From an uncultured Spirochaetota bacterium (lineage in GTDB: Bacteria > Spirochaetota > Spirochaetia > SZUA-6 > Fen-1364), in the NCBI GenBank assembly GCA_963781885.1, contig CAWAHW010000004.1:98139-162138 (forward strand): 64,000 nucleotides of DNA, given 5' to 3'. The notes under the pieces are model-generated. The model searched no databases. It was given only the letters and a program-made list of their open reading frames with translations, and was not told the DNA's origin. How positions within the stretch are numbered: position 1 is the stretch's first letter; every line of letters starts with the position of its first letter. The translations under genes and the position numbers were made by a program. This document shows positions 56,548 to 64,000 of the stretch, piece by piece.

Positions 56548-56783
56548 CATCCTACGCGTCATGCCGCACCTGCGGGAAGTACGTCGCCACCTCCGCGCTC
56601 GTGAACCGCGGGTATTGCTCGGAGGACTGCACACGCGCCTATGCGCTGTGCGCCAACTGCGGAAAGGCATTCCCGCGGGGCGGGGGCTTCGACGGCGAAT
56701 ACTGCACGAAGGAATGCACGATACGCTACCAGATCCTCAGAAAATACGGCCCGGAACCGGTGACCGTCGTCACAGAGGTGTGA
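56544..56783 (+). CDS. Small protein with two treble-clef-like Zn fingers
   Basis: CRTC...YCSEDC and CANC...YCTKEC; overlaps the ahcY stop and abuts the adk start. Confidence 0.75.
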   Translation: MTSYASCRTCGKYVATSALVNRGYCSEDCTRAYALCANCGKAFPRGGGFDGEYCTKECTIRYQILRKYGPEPVTVVTEV

Positions 56784-56784
56784 A

Positions 56785-57420
56785 ATGAAGCTGATCTTTC
56801 TCGGACCCCCCGGCGCGGGCAAGGGAACGCTCGCCGGTCTTGTGAGCAAGGAGCACGGAATCCCGCAGATCTCCACGGGGGACATGTTCCGCGAGGCGAT
56901 CAAGAAGGAGACGGCGCTGGGCAAGCGCGTGAAGGAGATACTCGGCAGGGGTGACCTTGTGCCGGATGATCTCACCGTGAGCCTCGTGCGCGAGAGGCTT
57001 TCCCAGGACGATGCCGGCCGGGGGTACATCCTCGACGGTTTCCCCCGCACCATCCCGCAGGCCGAAGAGCTGGAGAAGTTCCAGAAGCTGGACGCGGTGG
57101 TGAACTTCGCCATCTCGGACGAGCTGGTCGTGAAGAGGCTCTCCGGGCGCGAGATCTGCAAGAGCTGCGGCGCCATCTATCACGTCGTGAACATGCCATC
57201 GAAGGTGAAGGGTGTCTGCGACAAATGCGGTGGTCCGCTCTACACGAGGCCGGATGATTCCCTGGAATCGATCACGAACCGACTCCAGGTCTACCGGACG
57301 CAGACGGAACCGCTCATTGCGTTCTACCGGGGTCGGAAACTGCTGAGAGACATCGATTCATCGAAGTCGCCCGAAGACACGCATCGCCAGATCCAGGCGG
57401 CTCTCACCGGTCTGAAGTAG
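56785..57420 (+). CDS. adk: Adenylate kinase (Zn-lid type)
   Basis: GPPGAGKGT, STGDMFR, LDGFPRT, CKSC...CDKC lid, RPDD. Confidence 0.97.
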   Translation: MKLIFLGPPGAGKGTLAGLVSKEHGIPQISTGDMFREAIKKETALGKRVKEILGRGDLVPDDLTVSLVRERLSQDDAGRGYILDGFPRTIPQAEELEKFQKLDAVVNFAISDELVVKRLSGREICKSCGAIYHVVNMPSKVKGVCDKCGGPLYTRPDDSLESITNRLQVYRTQTEPLIAFYRGRKLLRDIDSSKSPEDTHRQIQAALTGLK

Positions 57421-57429
57421 CTCTGCTCT

Positions 57430-58386
57430 TCACCGGTCGGGAGGGGCGGAGCCTGTCGCTGCATCCGCGGGTGGCGCCGGCGCGCCAGCCGGTACCGACA
57501 GCGGCATGAGCGAATGGGTGGTGAGAGCCGCCTCGACCTTGTCCCGCTCCAGGAGCCCTGGCGAGCTCAGGAGCGCCTTCACGGCTTCCGCGTCTTTGAA
57601 ACCCGCGTCGAGCGCCTTGCCCAGGGAGTCCAGGCCGCGGTCGGGATCCTCGATCACCGTCAGGAGCAGCCGCGCCTCCCCAAACCATGCATCGGCCTGC
57701 TTCGCATCCGCACGGACGATCTTGTCGTAGAGATCCAAGGCGCGCGAGTACTTCTTCTGCTGCTCGGCAGCGGCCGCGGCGAGATACTGTGCCTCCGCGT
57801 CGTCGGGCTTTTTTTCCAGGTACCGCGACAGGGCATCGGAGGCGCCGGGCGCGTCGCCCTGGGATAGGAGAAGCGAGCCCACCGCGTAGAGAGCGTCCAG
57901 GTCGTCAGGCGATTTCAGGAGCAGGGTCTGCAGCCGCTCCAGCGCATCAGACGGCCGCTTCAGCTTCCAGAGTATGATCCCGCTGTTGTACAGGGCGTCG
58001 AGGTCCGCAGGGGCCAGAGCCAGGAGCGCGTCGTATTCCGTGAGGGCTTCCTCCTCATGCCCGCCAAGGTGGAGGGCCCAGGCAAGACCGGACATCACCT
58101 GGGTGTTCTGCGGATCGGTGGACAGGAGACGCTTGAACAGGGCGACGGCATCATCCGTGCGCTTCATGTGGGCGTAGGCCATCGCGAGATTGTAGTCTGC
58201 CTTGGCCAGCCCGGGGTCAAGGCGGATGGACTGCTCGAATCGCAGGATCGCCTTGTCGTACTGTCCGAGCTCGATGTAGGCATTCCCGAGGTCGTAGTAT
58301 TCCGCGGCCAGCGCGCGATTCTGGGGGCTGGTCGCGCAGCCTGCCAGCAGGAGCATCGCGAGGAAGACGACGGACGCGCGTCTCAT
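57430..58386 (-). CDS. TPR-repeat lipoprotein
   Basis: Lipobox LLAGC; multiple TPRs (YYDLGNAY, DYNLA, LYNSG). Confidence 0.85.
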   Translation of the reverse strand: MRRASVVFLAMLLLAGCATSPQNRALAAEYYDLGNAYIELGQYDKAILRFEQSIRLDPGLAKADYNLAMAYAHMKRTDDAVALFKRLLSTDPQNTQVMSGLAWALHLGGHEEEALTEYDALLALAPADLDALYNSGIILWKLKRPSDALERLQTLLLKSPDDLDALYAVGSLLLSQGDAPGASDALSRYLEKKPDDAEAQYLAAAAAEQQKKYSRALDLYDKIVRADAKQADAWFGEARLLLTVIEDPDRGLDSLGKALDAGFKDAEAVKALLSSPGLLERDKVEAALTTHSLMPLSVPAGAPAPPADAATGSAPPDR

Positions 58387-58493
58387 GGGCCGACTATAGG
58401 ACGAATCAATTGCGGATACAACGGCAAGGTTGACAAGCGAACCGGGACGGATTAGGATTGTCGCGAGTATCACAACGAGATAGACGATACGAA

Positions 58494-61400
58494 ATGGCAG
58501 TAAATCCGGTTCAACGAAATATCGTCGGAACGCTGAGCAGAGAATCCAAGATCACCTCCCTGACCCTCCTCAAGAACTTCTATGACGAGGAAGTCTTCAC
58601 GGTCCTGGTGAAGGAGATCTACAACGCGGATATCGGCATCAGCGAGGCGGCGATCCAGGCATCCGGCTCCCTGGGAAACGAGATCGCGATCCAGCACCTC
58701 TACCAGATCGTCGAGCGTGGGAAGCAGCCGCAGCGCATCGCGGCGATCAAGTCCCTCATGGCCATCCGCGCCCCCTCCTCCACGGGAATGCTCATCAAGT
58801 ATTTCTCCCACTTCCCCGAGGAAGAGCTGCGCGCGGAGATACTGCGCGCCATCAACACCATCTCCCCCACGGCCCCGCAGGTCCAGGAGCTGAACGCCGC
58901 CGTCTACAACGATCCGAAACAGAGTGAGACTGTCCGGCGCATCGCGGTGGAATCCCTCGTGGAGATGGAGAAGTACGCGCTCCTGAAGGACACCCTCCCG
59001 CGCGCCCTGCCGAGCGTCCAGCAGGCGGCATTCATCAAGATGCTGCAGACCGGAAGCCAGGAGGTCATGGAGCTTCCCACGGAATCCCTTTCTCCCGCCG
59101 CCCGGGGAAGCTATCTCTGCGTCTATACCCTGAAGGCGAAGAACCCGCAGGCCAATTACGTCATCGAATCGCTGCAGAAAGGCGACAAGCAGACGTTCCT
59201 GGCCTTCCTCACGTCGCTCACGCAGTTTCAAGGCAGGCTGCGCTACCCCACGCGCGTCTTCCGCCTCCTCCTCATCTCGCCGTACCTCGACGCGGAGACG
59301 GAGGCGCTTGTCGGCGATTTCCTGAAGAAGATCGTCCTGGAGGTAAAAAACACCTCCCCGCATCTGCTCAGCGAGTTCTCCGTCATCACGTCGGCGCACT
59401 TGGACACGGTTTTCGCAAAGACACGCAAGAACCACATCTCCCTGCGCGGCATCACCAAGGAGATGCTCCTTGCCACCGTGCTCGCCACGATCATGGAGAA
59501 GTATTCCACCCCGTCGGTGCTTGCCGACGTGACGGCCTTTTTCAAGGAAGACGGCTATACGGGCCGCACGCCTCCCGTGGCGCAGATCCGTTCCCTCCTT
59601 GCCGGAACGCCGAAGGAGGACCAGAACAGGTTCGAGGCCTGCATTCCCCTCTTCGCGCAGACGGAGAAAAAGGACCGTTTGGCGGTGCTCACGCAGCTTG
59701 CGCGGGTGGACCTGAACCGTCCCTTCTACCTGCGCCGGCTCAATCGCCTCATCAGGGTCGCCGGCGCGCTTGAAATCAAGACAACCGCAAAAAAGATACA
59801 GGAGATACTGGATTTTGCGCGCGCGGAGCGCATCCATTTCCTGGAAGAGACGAGCGTCGTCACGCTCTGCCAGCTCCTCACCCGTTCCATCATCGAGCAG
59901 TCGCGGGAGTACTTCAAGGAACCGAACCGGAACATCCGTTCGCTCAACGGCTACATCCGCGGGGCGCGCTTCATCCCCGCCAAGATCATGCTCGGCCCGC
60001 TGGTCCACATCGCGCAGCTGCCCAGCCTCACGCCCCAGTCGCGCACGCTCGTCGTGGAGACCCTGGAAAGCATGAATCTCGCCGGCATGCAGCGCCAGCT
60101 CCTGCCGCTCTTCAAGGCGCTGGACCTGCGCGATGCGGCGGAGGCGCTGAAGCTCCGCATCGGCGACATGCTGGCGAAATATGCCGATGCGACGTTCGGC
60201 CATCTCGCGCTCGACCTTACGTCGCACGCGTCGCCCACGGCGCGCACCGTCGCCGTCCGCATCATCAAGGCGCTTGCCGCGCGCGGCTCGGGGGCGCCGG
60301 CGGACGTCGTGACGAACCGCCTCTACCTCCTGCTGGAGGATGCGGAGCGCGGAGTGCGCGTCGAGGCTCTGCTCGCGCTCCTGGTCATGGCGGACGACTA
60401 CGCCGCGCAGATCGTGAGCGACCACGTGCAGGCGGGTGACGCGGAGATGGTGTCCGAGCTCCTGGCCGGTCTTTCCAAGCCGCTTGCGCGCGACACCTTC
60501 TCCCTCGCGCTCGACATGATCCGCATGGACAGCCTCCCCGTCCAGAAGGCCCTGCGCGCGCTCCTTCCCGAGCTCAGCCAGGGCGGCTACGCGGAAGAGT
60601 TGCGCCAGGGGCTGCTCGCCATCCTCACCATCGTGCCGCGCGAGGGCTCCCGCAACGAGCCGCAGGCCGCCGCGGAGGACAGCCAGGCGGCGAGCACGGA
60701 AAGCACGCTCGGCCAGGCGAAGCTGGAGTTCAAGTTCCGCCGCGAAAGCACACAGACCCTGACGGTGTTCTTCATCGACATCGCGGGGTACACGGAAAAA
60801 TCGACGACGATGAAGCCGACGGATCTGATGAAGCTCATCAAGGCATTTGAAGACATCGTCTCGGAAACCATGGACGACTGTCAGGGCAGGATCGTGAAAA
60901 AGATGGGAGACGGGATCCTGGCGTACTTCAAGTCACCGGTCGGCGCGACCGTTGCCGCCCTGACGGTCCAGAAGAAGATCAAGGACTACAGCGCGATGCG
61001 CATCGACCAGGAGAAGTTCCAGACGCGGATCGGCCTCAACACGGGCTCGGTGATCCGCAAAGGCAAGGACATATTCGGCGAGGTCGTGAACGTCGCCTCG
61101 CGCATGCAGAGCAAGGCGCCGCCGGGCGACATTCTGCTGACGGATGCCACCTACCAGGAGATCAAGGACTACGTGCGCTGCACGCAGCTGGGCAACATCG
61201 AGGTGAAGGGAATCAAGGACTTCATCACGGCCTACTCCCCGCAAGAGGTGATCGCCGATACGACGAAGCTCATGGACGGCGCGGAAGAGCCGGGGCTCCA
61301 GAGGCTGAAGGAATCGATCTTCGTGCCCAGCTTCCAGGATCCCTTCCGGCAAGGGGGACGCGGGACCGCTTCCCGCGCTCATCAAGGAGATCTTCTCCGA

Positions 61401-61503
61401 GATCTCCCGCGCAATAGAGGAGCTTGCCTCCGACTATCACGATGAGTTTGAGTTCAAAAAATACCTCCAGGAGAAGTGGAACGCGCTGATGGCGAAGCTG
61501 TAG
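58494..61503 (+). CDS. HEAT/ARM-repeat protein with C-terminal class III adenylate/guanylate cyclase domain (frameshift near 61340)
   Basis: FFIDIAGYT, VKKMGDG, RIGLNTG, DIFGEVVNVASR; shifted frame ends ...KYLQEKWNALMAKL* at 61503. Confidence 0.85.
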
Positions 61504-61599
61504 GGAGGCTCCCGGAGGCATCCCGGGACCCGTCGGCCGTCGACAGCCATGGGGCCGCGGTAACCGCGGCATGTGACCCGCGGCCGCCCAGCAGTTCTG

Positions 61600-63077
61600 A
61601 TATGATGTGCCCCCGTCAAGCTCTAAAAGCCTCCTTTTTTCTTTAGAACTCCTTCTGAACATCGAGGCCAACCCGAAGAGATGGAGAAGGGCATAACCGA
61701 CGATCGACCAGTCTGATATGCGTGGATTGGTTACCGCAGGCCAATGTGATCGTCAGGAGCTTGCCTCCGTCTCATTACCAGGATCAGACCATAGTCTGCC
61801 TGCAGAACCGCTCGAGGATTCTCCGTTCGCCACGAACCTTCCCCATCCGTCCCGGTTGCCTCGATTGCATACGCAGCCTCCTCAAGCCACCCGATCAACC
61901 ATCGCGCCCCACAGGAACCCCGAGAGCTCTCGCGCCACCGCCGTCACCACGGTCTGAGAAGCTTTGCCGCGAAAAAGCAGACGCAGAAATTTCTTGTTTA
62001 GCCGCCTGCACGCACGGTTGGCATAGCTGACCAAGGATGGAGAAAGACCCTCGCGTCGTTTCATCAACCGAGTGCTACTGGGATGGTAGCTGCGGTATTG
62101 CCAGGCGGCCTCCACCAGAAGTTTGCGCAGGTGGGAATTACCCGCCTTTGTGATTCCTCCCAAGCGCCTCTTGTTTCCGCTGGATCGCTCGGAGGGCACC
62201 AACCCCAAAAACGCCATGAATTGATCCGCACCTGCAAAGCGCCGAAAGTCCCCGATCTCCGAAACAAGCGACAAGGCGATCAGCGTCTCCACGCCCTTGA
62301 ACGCCTTCAGCTTGGCTACAGGTTCGGCATAGCTTTTACCTGCCGCGATCTCTTCGATGCCCGCCTTGATCCGCCGACACTTCTCCTCCAGCTCGTCGAC
62401 TTGGCAGCGGTACTCGGTGAGAGTCAACTGCTCCAGCGGATCCTCCAACTCAAGAGCCTGCAACCATGCTCGATGCGGCTGCGTCCATGTGGCTCCTTGT
62501 TCATAACGTATCCGCCTCCGCAGAAGAAAACCCAGCACGCGCTGCTTGGCCTTGCGCAGATCGGACTTCATGTCCTCCAGCATTCGTAGATAGTCGCGAA
62601 CCGCTTCGTCTTCCCGCGTGGGTACATGAACGGCACTCACATCCCCGCTCCGAAGTGCGCGAGCAAGCATCACAGCGTCCCTTCTATCGGTCTTTATGCG
62701 ATCTCCCGGACGATGTGGAATCTGAGACGGAGCCAGCACCGCACACGGCACACCCAGTTCCGTCAATTGTCGATACAGGGAATACCCTAGACATCCCGCC
62801 TCGTAGCATGTCACCAGGTCCCCCGCGGACTGGAGCTTCTTGAAATAGGCCTGGATTACGCTCTTTTCATTGCGAATCACCGTCTCGGCCCTCGGCTTCT
62901 GATCGCGCCCGCTCAGGATCGCTATGGCGATCTTTTCTTTGTCGACGTCCATGCCAACGTAATGTACAATACCCATGACTGCCCCCTTGTGCGTTGTTTG
63001 TGGCGTGCCGCATCGAGACGCCAATCTCATGATACGGCCGATCCACGTTGTAGCAACCACCTGGGGGCACTTCATAT
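61600..63077 (-). mobile_element. IS110-family element, IS1111-like organisation
   Basis: Subterminal IR ATATGATGTGCCCCC (61600-61614) vs GGGGGCACTTCATAT (63063-63077), 14/15; ~270-nt non-coding region 3' of the recombinase; true ends lie a few nt outside the IRs. Confidence 0.85.
61882..62976 (-). CDS. IS110-family DEDD recombinase/transposase
   Basis: YVGMDVDK, CYEAG, KTDRRDA, GLVPSERSSG...GITKAGN..LR..LVEAAW. Confidence 0.95.
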   Translation of the reverse strand: MGIVHYVGMDVDKEKIAIAILSGRDQKPRAETVIRNEKSVIQAYFKKLQSAGDLVTCYEAGCLGYSLYRQLTELGVPCAVLAPSQIPHRPGDRIKTDRRDAVMLARALRSGDVSAVHVPTREDEAVRDYLRMLEDMKSDLRKAKQRVLGFLLRRRIRYEQGATWTQPHRAWLQALELEDPLEQLTLTEYRCQVDELEEKCRRIKAGIEEIAAGKSYAEPVAKLKAFKGVETLIALSLVSEIGDFRRFAGADQFMAFLGLVPSERSSGNKRRLGGITKAGNSHLRKLLVEAAWQYRSYHPSSTRLMKRREGLSPSLVSYANRACRRLNKKFLRLLFRGKASQTVVTAVARELSGFLWGAMVDRVA

Positions 63078-63210
63078 TGTCTCATTTTGGACCTTCCTGA
63101 GGTTTGGAAAAGGTATGCGGACTTTGAAAACGGCCTTTTATCAAGGGACAAAATGAGAACTGCATCATTCAGTCACCATACTGAGAATTGCTGACGGCCG
63201 CCGGCGGCAT

Positions 63211-63239
63211 TTGACCTTTTCTCCGCCAGATGCTATAGT
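63211..63239 (+). promoter_or_regulatory. infC operon promoter
   Basis: TTGACC-N17-TATAGT. Confidence 0.7.
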
Positions 63240-63273
63240 CGGCGAAATCCCCATCATGCGGGAAGGAGGTATA

Positions 63274-63804
63274 TTGGCCGAGAAGGATCTCAGGATCAAT
63301 GAGGGCATACGGGTCCGCGAGGTGCGATTGATCGACGCGGACGGAAATCAGAAAGGCATCGTGCCGACATTCGAAGCGCTGCAGTTGGCAAGGGAGTCGG
63401 GTGCGGACCTCGTGGAGGTCGCGCCGCAGGCCCAGCCGCCGGTGTGCAAAATCCTCGACTACGGGAAGTACAAGTTCGAGCTGGAGAAGAAAACCCGCGA
63501 GGCAAAGAAGCACCAGAAGCAGATCCAGATCAAGGAGATCCGGATGCAGCCGAAGATCGACAGGCACGACCTGGACTTCAAGACGCGCCACGTCCAGGAG
63601 TTCCTTGACGAGGGAAACAAGGTCAAGGTCACGGTGCGATTCCGGGGCCGCGAGCTTGCCCACACCGAGCTCGGCAAGGATGTCCTCGACAAGATCCTCG
63701 AGATGCTCGGAGACTCCTTCCTCGTGGAGAAGCCCGCCCAGATGGAAGGGCGGACGATGTCGATACTGCTGAATCCCAAGGGAAGCAAGGCCAAGAAAGG
63801 ATAG
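63274..63804 (+). CDS. infC: Translation initiation factor IF-3 (non-AUG start, ATA 63271 or TTG 63274)
   Basis: [42 protein letters not shown]; GGAGGT RBS with no ATG downstream. Confidence 0.95.
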   Translation: MAEKDLRINEGIRVREVRLIDADGNQKGIVPTFEALQLARESGADLVEVAPQAQPPVCKILDYGKYKFELEKKTREAKKHQKQIQIKEIRMQPKIDRHDLDFKTRHVQEFLDEGNKVKVTVRFRGRELAHTELGKDVLDKILEMLGDSFLVEKPAQMEGRTMSILLNPKGSKAKKG

Positions 63805-63807
63805 ATC

Positions 63808-64000
63808 ATGCCGAAGATGAAGACCAAGAAGGCCGCGGCAAAGCGCTACAGCGTCACCGGCACGGGCAAGGTGCGCTACAAGAAGCAGGGCCTGCGCCAT
63901 ATCCTCACGAAGAAGAACGCAAAGAGAAAGAGGCGCCTGCGCCTGCCCGCCATCCTCAGCTCCGTCGAGACGAAGAGGGTGAAGCAGCTGCTGCCGTACT
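63808..64000 (+). CDS. rpmI: 50S ribosomal protein L35 (3'-truncated by window)
   Basis: [22 protein letters not shown]...RHILTKK; follows infC. Confidence 0.93.
   Translation, partial: MPKMKTKKAAAKRYSVTGTGKVRYKKQGLRHILTKKNAKRKRRLRLPAILSSVETKRVKQLLPY

Overview
High-GC (~65%) Spirochaetota-like bacterial chromosome segment (16S carries GCAGCTAAGAATCTTCCGCAATGG; spirochaete-style lipoproteins and OmpA proteins). 1-36 kb holds carbohydrate-utilisation loci: (i) a KARI-like gene, sugar isomerase, two GH51 arabinofuranosidases, ABC transporter and ArsR-type regulator; (ii) an AgaR/AgaS/PfkB/ABC locus; (iii) carbonic anhydrase, OmpA genes, an orphan FixJ-type regulator, a lipoprotein and a CBM9-GH9 glucanase; (iv) three URO-D/MtaA-superfamily genes with rhaM, a ribose-type ABC transporter and an AraC regulator whose sensor is a paralogue of the neighbouring binding protein. 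36.3-49.5 kb is an accessory region, partly lower in GC. It is bracketed by direct repeats of the 5S rRNA gene plus flank and punctuated by further 5S fragments. It carries two paralogous beta-barrel/transglutaminase-like/TPR genes, each beside a different surface lipoprotein, and an IS66. 49.4-54.9 kb is a complete minus-strand rrn operon (16S-tRNA-Ile-23S-5S). It is followed by ahcY, a small double Zn-finger gene, adk, a TPR lipoprotein, a HEAT-repeat class III cyclase, an IS1111-type IS110 element with a long 3' non-coding region, infC and rpmI. About ten single-base frameshifts, including one in ahcY, most likely reflect long-read consensus errors. All calls come from motif recognition by eye; no searches were run.
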